Shown here: positions 51,178 through 62,646 of the stretch, one piece after another
Position numbering within the stretch: the stretch's first letter is position 1
Layout of the letters: each line of letters begins with the position of its first letter
DNA from: Haliotis rufescens
Taxonomy: Eukaryota
Direction of reading: 5' to 3'
Length of the DNA stretch: 64,000 nt
Assembly (NCBI RefSeq): GCF_023055435.1
Contig: NW_025964223.1
Location: 37,634,001 to 37,698,000, forward strand
Translations under genes and position numbers: made by a program
Notes under the pieces: model-generated
Database searches by the model: none
The model's input: the letters and a program-made list of their open reading frames with translations, nothing else
Told to the model about the DNA's origin: nothing

Positions 51178-51916
51178 CTGAGATTTCAGGTGAACACGGA
51201 ACAGAAATGTTTTGTCCATGAGCGTTTGGTTTAAAAGTGTGAAGACAGTTTGAATGAATACCCACTTGTCTCTCCAAATAAGGTGCTGTATTTCACCAGA
51301 ACGAATTGCCAGCTATGTGGATGTGGTTTGTTTGACATGGGGTTCAAAATACCAATACAAATGTATTCGAGGAAAAGAAAATAACACTCACTTCTACCAA
51401 GGTTCTAAACAAGCAAAATATGTAGAACTGAGTTGAATGTATATTGGGTGTATTGGGTAATTCATTGTTTAATACAGCCTACAAGAAACCATACTTATAA
51501 GAGGCGCACATACAATAATGTTAGTGAGCCATAAAGCGGGTCCACTGCCTCTGTCTATACATTGTACTTAGCTTCTCATTAAGGTTCTCATAAACTCCAT
51601 AATACACTTTTAATTCACAAACAAAGTTAGGTCACTGTGAGACTGTGGGGCTCTTAAATCGCCCGACACCTAGTCGATCTCCCAGACACCAGAGAATATA
51701 TCAAGAAACGAATACAAATCAAGTCTGTAGAATGATTTGGCAAATCTAGACTGCCTCAGCCCTGAATTAAGCATGGTTCTGGGCTCCTCTTGGATTGTAT
51801 TTTATATTTCGTAGACATATATTTTTAATTAACATAACTAACTTTCTGAGACAGTCAGACTAAAAGTTGGTCTATACCACAGCATGTGTGGGCGTGTACC
51901 AAGGACTTACTTCCAG

Positions 51917-51952
51917 CAGAGACCATATAATAGATCTATTATATGGTCTCTG
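51917..51952. mobile_element. 36-bp perfect palindrome with 7-bp TSD (P-element-like micro-MITE)
   Basis: CTTCCAG|CAGAGACCATATAATAGATCTATTATATGGTCTCTG|CTTCCAG. Confidence 0.75.
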
Positions 51953-52510
51953 CTTCCAGAAACTCCTCACAGCGCGAAAGGTATGTTAACGCTTGAGGTT
52001 TGCCAAGCAGGGTTGCTTTTGAAATGGTACCAAGGCCGTAGTTAACCTTTTTTGACAGGGGGGTGCAAATATTTGTAGAAGTATCACTTGTCCCCAACTT
52101 GTATTTTCATGATTCAAATAAAACTGTTTTTTATATTAAAAAAACGGGGGGGGGGGGGGGGGGGGCGGTTACAACAAGCTGCCCTTGTCATTCAGCTTGG
52201 CATGAAAGTCGACGGTGTGTACATTAAGATTTCAGCTATGAGTCGCACTTTTCCTTTGAAAATAACAAATTTATTATTTGATTTTCAATTAATATTATGC
52301 AATGTGAAATATATGCATGTATATATCTAGGAATTTACACGTCTGATAGGTGACGTTTTAATCATAAAAGAGGCTCCACCCTTTTGCATATATTGCTGGC
52401 TTCACCTTTCAAAATGTTTACCCTTTTGTGTACATAACAGGCTTCTCCACTCCCGGGAAAGTACATCTTAATCTACTCTACTGTATAAACACTGCCTCCT
52501 ACCTGTATAT

Positions 52511-53476
52511 ATGGGATCGGGTGGTCAGGCTATCTCCACAGCTCCAAAACCCAAGCACATTCAGTCATTATTCACGGCTGAATTGGAGGCAATTCATCAT
52601 GCACTCAAACTCATTCCGGAACTTCCGGAAGCAAAGGCAGTCGTCCTATCAGACTCGCTAAGTGCACTTCAGGCCATCAGTGGCAGAAACTCAAACTCCT
52701 GGCCAAACACAGTCAACAATATTCTATACGAATATACAAAACTATCGGACCAAGGGCAACAGGTGGAGCTGTGTTGGATCCCCTCTCACATAGATATTCA
52801 TGGAAATGAAAAAGCAGACTCACTGGCGAAGCTAGCTCTAGACAAAGCGGATATACAGCCTATTCCCTTTAGTAAACTAGAGATAAAAAGCAAAATCAAA
52901 GCCTCCATAGCAGAAAGATGGCAAGCCCAATGGGACGCAAGTAAGATCGGCAGATGGCTATACAAAATTCAACCCAAGGTCCAACAAAAGCCAAACTCAT
53001 ACTCAAATGAAAGGAAAATTGAAATTGCTATCTCACGCCTCAGACTCGGTCACAAAAAGCACTATGACAAAGTTTGTTCATCTTGCAATCAGGCTGAAAC
53101 CATTGATCACGTGTTACTAGAATGTCAAGACCATGCCCCAGCCCGGGCTAGTTTAAAACAAGAATTGCAGTCAGATCCGCTATCTGTCATAGATCTGCTA
53201 AAGCCAAGAGATGCAATAGCGAAGGCCAAACTAACTCTATTTCTGGTGACGGACAGTTACTCGAACGTATATAAACAGAGCAGCCAAGGATAGAAATGAA
53301 ATCATATCAATATAAGAAAATAGAAATCATATCAATACAAAAACAGAAATTATGTGAACACCAAACTCACAATAGATAGGTGTACCCTACTCACACACAT
53401 GAGTCCCAAAAAGGGACAGGTCAGCCGAAATTGCCTAGGCAGAAGGCGACCTCCTAAACACTTAATGCAACAACAG
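52511..53476 (+). mobile_element. 5'-truncated I-group LINE: RNase H, CCHC finger and 3' UTR
   Basis: SLFTAELEAI, SDSLSALQAI, WIPSHIDIHGNEKADSLAK, CSSC..ETIDHVLLEC; short CAA tail. Confidence 0.85.
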
Positions 53477-53634
53477 GCTAGCTGACTTGGTTGAGGCATG
53501 CCATCGATCCCAATTGCGTGGATTGATGCTCATGATATCAATCACTGTATTATCTGGTCCAGACTCGATTATTTACAAACCGCCGTCATATAGCTGGGAT
53601 ATTGCTGAATGCGGCGTTAAACAACAAACAAACT
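53477..53634 (+). mobile_element. 5'-truncated family B SINE
   Basis: Homologous to 21586..21851. Confidence 0.8.
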
Positions 53635-53648
53635 TGGCAACGTAAATC

Positions 53649-54110
53649 CATCTTCCCGAGGCACGAGAGTTAACTGACTTTAAAAGTCTAAGCCTCTCCT
53701 ATGGACCAATCAGATTTCCACCTCTCGTATCGCTTGCATTTGCTTCAAACAAAATGGCGGCGCCAAGTCAGGACGATCTGCTCGATTATCAAGATCTATA
53801 TTGTGATAAAACGGGTCTTACATCGCGAAATGCACCAAATCACATGAGTACCTTGATGAAAAACATGAAAAGATTTTTAAAATATCTGTTGACAACGCGT
53901 TGGCGGTGCAGATGCTTTGAAAATCCTGCAATCGACCGAAATCTGCACGACAGATTACGAACCGGATTTCGATTTTGATGCGCGATTTTGATTGGACTAT
54001 GCATAGACTCGTTAGTCCAGCCAAATTGTAACTCCATAATACCAGCCTAGTTCGGCAAGGGTGGAAACGGGACTTTTATAGTCAGTTAACTCTCTTGCCT
54101 CGGGAAGATG
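53649..54110. mobile_element. MULE-like MITE
   Basis: 40-bp TIR CATCTTCCCGAGGCA(C/A)GAGAGTTAACTGACT(T/A)TAAAAGTC; 9-bp TSD ACGTAAA(T/C)C. Confidence 0.8.
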
Positions 54111-54136
54111 ACGTAAACCATACTCTGTTCATCACA

Positions 54137-54176
54137 TGCTTGATAACAGTGTTAGAACCTACACCGAAACGTCGCT
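54137..54176 (+). ncRNA. Second, more degenerate minimal hammerhead motif in a Penelope pLTR fragment (~54120..54223)
   Basis: TGCTTGATAACAGTGTTAGAACCTACACCGAAACGTCGC followed by the same AATTGTAATAAAGAAGTTGTTCATCC tail as at 7570. Confidence 0.6.
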
Positions 54177-54224
54177 CCCAATTGTAATAAAGAAGTTGTT
54201 CATCCGTATATCTTATCCTTACTA

Positions 54225-56366
54225 ATAAAAGATAGCTGAGATTTTTCCAGTCACATTTCAAATTATACACATGGAAAGAATGTTGCATTTTTCTCACTTT
54301 CTACTTAAACTTAATTTAACTGTACAAACGTAGGTGATTTTAAAACAAACCACGGATTTCTGCTTAAAAAGTAATTAATTGATTTATGGCCCTATGAGGA
54401 GTTTTATGGGATCCCCCGCCTACAAGCCCAGTAATCAAAACACACAGCAAATAACACCGCTTATTTGCGCTGAGTAGTGTACTTCCTAAAAAACTATATC
54501 GTATTCCTAAAAAACAACACTTAGGTTATACCAGTGTTTATTCTGTTTGCAGAGTAGATGTAATCAAACTGGAAGTCTTCATTCCAGCAATGGTAACACT
54601 ACCGGATGTTCATTTTCACTCCCAGTGTTTGAATGACATTATGTGGAAATAGATAGTTGTTTGTTTTTATATTCAAGTTGGTATTTCCGCTATTCAAAGT
54701 GTGCAGTGGGGCCGTCTTATCAACAGTCATTTCTGTGACAAAAATGCAAAGTTTAATTAATTAAGTCCACTCGCATTTTTGCATTTAATTAACACCAGCG
54801 TTAATTTCAAGATTTACAGTACATACTATTCAAAAGAAGTTAAAGAACACTCGATTCTTTCATATGGCTATGTTTAGTCATGACAGAAAGCTTTAAAGCG
54901 ATAGAGCGAAAAAGCAATATTTATTTTCTTGTAGTGTAGTAAATTAGCAAGATTCACAGACAACAACTTAATAGTCGTTATTCATATTTTCATTTTATTC
55001 ATACTACTACCCCATTCTTCCTTCAATCTTAAAAATGAAACTTTAAAGGATACATTGAACAAGAACAAATAATGAATTACATATAGACCATACATTGACA
55101 AATAATTGTCAGTATTTTCAGCCACTGTTTGTATTGTTTGTAGTGTCAAAAGAATTATTTTGAAGGTTAACAGATTTGGAGTGAAGCCGAATACGTGCTC
55201 GTCCGATTACGGGATGACAATTATATTGATAAAGATACATGAACATTATGCAGACAAAAGTTACACTGTTATGTTTCCCTTAAAAATACAGATCGACTAG
55301 ATATATGTTTTCAACCTTAAGTCACATATACGTCATTACCCGTAACCACATTCCTTGGACAATAGAAATGTAATGCGTTGTAACTATTATTTTAAAACAA
55401 TTCGATCAAACTGTCTTCGGGAATTACATTTCAAATGTTAATGTGCTTGTAAAATAGAGTCGAACTTTTCCCACAGGTGTGAATAGGTATCCAATTATAG
55501 TATAGGCTCTTTGTTCAAGCAGGAATATTCATATTCATGTAACAATTCTCTATCTATTGAACTGTATGGTTGTCATCAATTGTGCGTTCTGATGTGAGTT
55601 ATGTAATTATCTACCACATAGACCCACACACTAATTAGGATGTCTCTCCATGTGTGTAGTTTACTCGTTCGCTCGTCACTCCGAAACCCATGCAGGTTCG
55701 ATTCCCCGCATGCGTACAATGTGTGAAGCCCATTTCAGGTGTTCCCCGCCGTGATATTGCTGGAATATTGTTGAAATCGACTTAAAACCATACTCACTCA
55801 CTCACTCACATCGGTCTTAATCAAATTACGTACATATACTTGCAGATTTGCACAAGACAAGAGACACAATATACAAGTTGATCATAAATCAAATGTCAAA
55901 AGGAATATTTACGGACACCAGGACGACACACTGTAACATCATATTCAACTAAAAAAAAGTTAAAGAACACCCACAATTATAAGATTGTATTTTGCAATAC
56001 AATCAGCCATGACTGATTAACCATAATCTTTGAAACTTCTTTTGAAAAATATGTGTATAGATTTTAACCTGATTCAGTTAAAGGTATTGCACTGACCCGC
56101 CACACGCTTTCGGCGTGATGGTCACATAAAACTAAATAGGGCCCCAGATCAATCAATTACATTTTACGCAGAAATCTGTTGGTTGTTTTAAAATCACCTA
56201 CGTCTGTAAAGTTAAATTATAATTTAGTAAATAGTGAGAAGATTTCAACATTCCCCCCAATTGAAACAACAAACACATGCAACCCCAACAGTGGTCAAGA
56301 GGGAATATTGCATTACCGCGAGAAAGCGACAGAGCAAGAAAGGCATGTCCCCTCTTGGCCACCATA
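54225..56366. mobile_element. Second copy of the IS3EU-like element; left tip missing
   Basis: Ends ATGTCCCCTCTTGGCCACCATA; 54230..54900 is direct to 13050..14060, and 54920..56366 is inverted to 11148..12800; shares the embedded SINE (55665..55810). Confidence 0.8.
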
Positions 56367-56909
56367 TATATACGCCCACGGGGAGTTTGTCAGTGTTTTC
56401 CTTTGATGTTTAATGCCTCATTCTGCAATATTCCAGTGTTATAACGGCGCCTCGAATCTTCACGGGTGGGGGTTGTAAACTGCCAGGCAAAAGAAATTAT
56501 ACACCCACGTTTGATGGTGGCTGAATTAAAACAAACAAGAAATGGTGATTCGCTGGTGATGTATTTAATACCAGGTATCAGAGTTGTGGTTGGACCTTAA
56601 GGTTGCTGTGTTTCGGCGACTGTGTCAAGCCCTAGTGACGTTTTGAAAACGTTTGTATTTTTTCGGTCTAATCCAATTTAATCAGAAATATATACACTGT
56701 TGCGGGAAGACTGATGGGGTATGCAATTCTACGTTTGTCAGGACCATAGTTATTCTGGGCAATGATTCTGTTGGGAAGCTGAGGGTCTCAGACCAGGCCC
56801 CATCAGTGTCATGCTTATGCATGCTCTTTGCTACAACGACCTGATCACAATGTTAGCAATGCCATATGGTGTCATCGTCTGTCATGTCCTCATACTAGGA
56901 TACCAATGA

Positions 56910-57083
56910 TGTTTTGTTTGTTTGTTTGTTGTTTAACGCCGCACTCAGCAATATTCCAGCTATATGACGGCGGTCTGTAAATAATCGAGTCTGGACCAGA
57001 CAATCCAGTGATTGATATCATGAGCATCGACCGACGCAATTGGGATCGATGACATACATCAACCAAGTCAGCGAGCCTGACCA
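56910..57083 (-). mobile_element. 5'-truncated family B SINE
   Basis: Homologous to other copies; ACCAATGATGT duplicated at both flanks. Confidence 0.85.
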
Positions 57084-57669
57084 ATGATGTAAATGTATAT
57101 CAACAGTGACCAGTGATGTAAATGTATATCAACAGTGATGTGTTAATTCTCCCATCACTGTAATCGACGTTCTTAATGCTTACTCCTTACTCATGCATCA
57201 CCAAACTGCCAATATATACCTGTGACTTATAGACTCTTTATGGCTAATCACCCAACCTCTCGCCGTGCCAAGAAGAATTGTAATGCCTATTGTACCATGG
57301 GCCACTGGCCTCCAAGTACCGAAATACAGTCTCATGTCTCTCATGTCCATACAACTTTGCAGGTGTTGATAGAGGAACTGACACAACAATGACTATGTGA
57401 CTATTGGCCTTTGCTGTACTGTGACCAATGGGCTATTAATGATAAAGAACTTACCACAAAAGAATATATTCATATACACGATACTTATTCCATATCAATT
57501 GCATGCCGTATATGGATCAGATGAGGTGAGGAGAGGAAAGGTGAAATGGACTTTAACGTCGCGTCCAAGATTATTGCACTTATATAGAAAAGTGCATGCA
57601 CGTGTGCGTGTGCGTGTGCGTGTGCGTGCGTGCGTTTTCTGCGCGTGTGTGTGTGCTTGTACTAGTACG

Positions 57670-57881
57670 GACTGATGCCGATTTTATAGTGCTATCCCAC
57701 TGAGGAACAAGAATATCTATACTGACTCCGAGCCGACAAGTACTTGTTTAAGCGCATTAATGCCGAACGCTAGACAAGTAACAATTAGTACCATCTTTTG
57801 ACGTCTTTTGGTATGACGCGTCCAGGGATCAAATCCCGGCTCTGCGGGAGGACGCTCTACCACTAGACCACGGAGGCGGTC
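57670..57881 (-). mobile_element. tRNA-headed SINE (third family) with (CA/GCAC)n tail
   Basis: Minus-strand TGGTCTAGTGG box A and GGATTTGATCCC box B-like; repeat tail 57600..57655. Confidence 0.6.
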
Positions 57882-59266
57882 TGCATCAGATGAGAGATAG
57901 GTTGTCATTTAAAATACTTAATTCAACTCTTGGAGGTGGACGCCAAGGATGCGACTGGTCTTGTAGGTGGACACCTACATTTCAACAATGCACATTTAGA
58001 ACTCAAATGTCTCCTTGACGAAAAGTAATAGGCATGATTAGGTCCTGCAGGTTGCTAGTGATCTAAACAAGTTATTTAGTTTGATTTTAAGGTCATGGAA
58101 TTTGCATGGGCAAACCGGTGACATGACAAATACAGCAGGGTCTGGGAAGACGCACACAATTGAAGTCCGGTAACAGAGGACTCACAGCACCCAGAGGTAG
58201 ATTCAGAATCCTCCCCATGTGTGTTTACTTGTTCGAACTGTACGCAATTGGTTGAAAGATGCAAGATTGAAATGAGCATGGCGTCATAACATCGTCCCAA
58301 CGTTCAGTGACGTATTGAGGATTATTTTCGACTGGTCGCAGTCGTGTTAGGGGACAAGCTCATGAAAGCTACCAGCAGCGTACTGGGTCATAGCACGACA
58401 TTATGTGGTGGCTGCTCCCTAATGGTGTTCACTGGCACCACCTACAATTCGTTATCTGACGACCCGATTAGTCGTTAGTTTGAATTTCAACATAGTAGTG
58501 TGTTGTTTTATGGCAGTGCAATTTATTGTTAAACATGGTTGTAATTGTATAGCATTGTTTCTATTGAGATTCAATAAAAGTTCATTGCATTTTGACAATA
58601 AATAGTTGTCAGGAATGCACTACTATCTAATGTAAGCAGCGCTGTGGAGGTTACTATATTTAGATGCCAGCGTGATCTAGAAACTTCCGGAACAGCTAGA
58701 CTCGCCCAGATTGTATAAAAACTTCTGGAATATAATTAGACCATACAAGAGGGACAAGCGTGTGTCTCTCTCATCTCACATTACCTCAAGACCAGCCGTT
58801 GTGTAAAGATGATTGTTTTTAACCCTGGCTATCCACCCAAGGCGTATTTTGGAAGCTTGACCACTGTTCCTGCGAGGTGAATATTATTACAATTGATATC
58901 ATATTATATAGTGTTTATATATTGTACTTGTACCGCCATTCTACTGTGTTCTGCCATTGTACTTGATGTGCAGTAAATTGTATTTGTGAAGCTAGTTAAT
59001 TTCATAAAAAAACCAATTGTTAGATGTATACCATTTCTTTTTTGTTTGTTGATTTCACATTGAATTCTGGTGTGTACAGATTTCTGGGTTAACTTATTGT
59101 TTCAATTTCGACACGTAACAGTATCAAAGGATGTTTGTGACGAATGATTACATCCGGGTACTATTTTGCTCAACTAAATGTCCTGGTCTCAAAACCATGA
59201 AACATCTAGTGGAATCACCTGGACGTCGCTGGCGCCAACGTCCTGTATCGCCTCATGCACAGTCTG

Positions 59267-59269
<3 letters not shown>

Positions 59270-59321
<52 letters not shown>
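59270..59321. repeat. (GA)n microsatellite
   Basis: Direct. Confidence 0.95.
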
Positions 59322-59325
<4 letters not shown>

Positions 59326-59734
59326 AACATTCAAAGCCTCAGTTAACCTTACAAAAATGATGTCCGATGCAATTCCCTATTTTGACTTGACCCATTGTTC
59401 AAGTGTTTTTTTTCAGATGCCTTGCCTTTGCATGTGTTTGTGACTGGTGCCATCGTTGGGGCAGGATACACTCACCTTTTCGCGAACACTATTTGATAGA
59501 GATTCTTACATGTTGCAAATGATATAGTCGGAATCGTACAATCGACTCTGCTTTTGGCTTTTTGAATATGAAAAGGGTTTTGTTGCTTATATTTACTGTA
59601 CACCGAACCTTTTAGTAACTTGTCTCGGAAATAAAGGTTCTTTAAGATACAACAACCATTTTAATTAGGCCATTATTAACATATCATGCGCATGATAAAC
59701 TATCCTTCATCAAACACACATCAACTAAATGAAT

Positions 59735-60170
59735 CGGGTGGTCAGGATCGGTGACTTGGTTGATTGTCATCGTACCCCCACGGTGTGGATCAAATTTCTC
59801 ATAACACCAATCACCGGATTGTCTTGTCAAAACTTCCAATATTTATATGCCCTCTCATAGCTGGAATATTTGATGAGTATGGCTTTAAACAACAACATGT
59901 ATATATCGTCGTGTGACCCGTGAAGATCCGGGGTAGAATAGGTCTTCATCAACCCATGCTTGCCGTAAAAGGCGACTATGCTTGTCGTAAGAGGCGACTG
60001 ACGGGATCAGGTGGTCAGGCTCACTGACTTGGTTGATGCATGTCATCTTGACCCAATTCTGTGGATCGATGCTCATGATGTCAATCACTGGACTGTCAGG
60101 TCTAGACTCGATTATTTACAGACCGCCGTAATATAGCTGGGATATTGCTAAGTGCGGCGTAAACAAAAAA
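59735..60170 (+). mobile_element. Two adjacent family B SINEs (degenerate 59735..59898; full-length 59915..60170)
   Basis: ACCCGTGAAGATCCGGGGTAGAATAGGTCTTC head through the GCGGCGTAAAC tail. Confidence 0.85.
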
Positions 60171-62646
60171 CGCTGGTACGTCCAGGGTCCGGGTCCACAA
60201 AGCGATATTAGCTCAAAGGTAATCGTAGCTCCCATTCTTTAACCTAGGTTTACGATATTCGTAACACTAAGATCCCTTCGTGGGATGGAGCCTAGGTCGG
60301 ACATGACGTGGCCCGACATGCCAGGGTAGTGATCATGGAGTTCCAACTAGCCCCCACTCGTGGAATGTCCCAGTAGGAGAGTGGGTACACGTTCCCCACA
60401 ACACAGATTGTTTTCTCCCCACTGATAAACAACAATGTCGACCTTATTATACGATCACGGCCCAGTGTTAGCTCCCCTGCCACTTATCGCCAGGTGTCTG
60501 TGGGTGAAGCACTTTGATTGAGTGTTACGTCGTAGTCGGACAAGTCAATGCGGATCACCTATACCTGATAAGAAATAGTTCATATTCAGAATATACATCG
60601 GCAGAGTTAGAGAGGTATCGGGTATTGGGTTTTACATTCTGTTTGTTACTGAGCTCGGACTTCCTGCTTCTACACAACAGTGCAGGGATTGTTTTTGGCC
60701 GTATGAGCTTATTGGAGAACCTCCCCACAGAGACAATAGAATGTTGACCTGTTTGTATGGAAAATAAAATGACGCACTCTTACCAACGTGGAGCCACTTT
60801 GACACGCTCTCTAGGCTCTAAGAAACATTGGATCCCACATACAACAATTGAACATTCACAATGCATTGGGTGAAGGTAACAGTATACCGTCAACTGGGGG
60901 CGGTTTAACGCGATTAGTGTACAGTATATCCACTTAGCGATATCATTTCTGTGCAGGAAACAACGGAGTCCCAGACATCCATGGATGGATTATCCTAATC
61001 TGGCGAGAGTGGTTGGTAATCCAGCGTCAGGATTATAGTACAGGTCGGTATCGACTGCCAGGCATATATCACGGTGACTGACTGAGTGACTGGCGACTTG
61101 GCGGAGGCGATTCGAAGTGTTCGTTTGTCAGTAGTGTACTAACAAGTCTGTATAAACAAAGGGCCTGTATTTCATGTTCTAACTGTGCGATAAAACCCCA
61201 CTTAAGGACTTTGTCATTCTACTGCCCTATAGCTGTAGAACTCTCAATTGGATGGTCGATAGTCAGGTGAGTACAGACTTTTCTGTGACGCAGTTGGTTT
61301 AAACATGGCATATATTTCATTTGGATAAGTTTACTGCAAATACTTATGCTGTTTTACATGTTGTAACAAATGATCAATATCAGCTGACGGTGTGCCCGAC
61401 AAATTTACATCTCAAAGATAAACACGTTAATAACAGTTTGAGGGACATCAAAAACCGTTATATATGCAGTTCTGCTGTCTAATGGATCACGACTCAGCTT
61501 ACTCGTCACTCACCAATCTTTAACGGTCAAACTGTCTTTGTGTGAACACTATGTCAGTAGCGGAGCATGTTTAAAGGCATGTGTATACACCGGTCTGTTG
61601 ACTCTAATTTCTGACTGTGTATAAACGTTAAGCTTAAAGTTAACAAAGAAACACTATTACGGAAAAAAGCCACACCTACACCGGCAGCCACCCATCAAAC
61701 AAAGAAACAACATAAACATACAACAACATATGTAATTTAACCCGCTGGATTAAAAATAAAATCTTCTACACTTCGCTGTGTCCTGGGGGTGTTGAGTTCC
61801 GCTCCTAAGATCTTAAATACGTAAGCGCTTTTCAGCCAACGCGCTTTTCACAGAGGGACTTTATCAATGGTAGGTTGCTTTGTGAAGCCCTTTCATGGCT
61901 GGCCAGACGAACTATATTATGTCAAACACTGGGAAGAAAGGCTGTAGGCAAGGGGTTGAAATCTCAATATCGGATTAGGGTTAATTCCTTTGCCGTTTGT
62001 CAAGAGGTTTTTGTGCGAGTGCCATGTAAGAATCTATAGTTGAAAGTAGATGAATTAACCCATGTTCCGCTAACCGCAGTGAACTCATCTCACTGATTAC
62101 AAGGGTTATATATAATTGTCGCCAGGCACGCGAATATTTCAATCAGATAAAAGATGTCTGAAATGAAAGCGAGCTCATCCAGTCACTGCTTGTCGACTAG
62201 TAAGTTACCAACACAAACCTAAGCTACATGAAGGGTTAATCGACAGCGATGATCGAGAGTTGTGTTTGTACCGCACATGCCATGTACACACCACACATAT
62301 GTTGTGTATGAGAAGTTCCGTGGCATACTTGTATCGAGCTATTTATTAGTTTAATCAGTCTGTGTAAGTACGTTTGCATAAAACGTTTCTTTTTACTTAT
62401 ATATGATTGTTATATTTTAGATGAAATGTTCCATATCGTACCCGTTCTCTTAGTCTGTGGCACTGCTGATGAGGCAATCCATGATATTGGTCATATCTAC
62501 CTGATAATTTTGCTCTTTTTCTTTATTGCAGAAAGCCATATGTTGAGATCCTCTCCCCACAAGCATATAACAAGATGTCCTTGATGAGGGGTTGACGAGG
62601 GGTGGTTCCTGATCATATCACCCTAGTGACCTATCAACCACCCATA

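Noticed and set aside
53754-53978. ORF starting with a strong AAAATGGCGG context
   Set aside because: Lies inside a 462-bp MITE; short and without a recognisable domain
58607-59120. Possible solo LTR (TGT...ACA)
   Set aside because: No matching TSD or second copy found; cannot be supported
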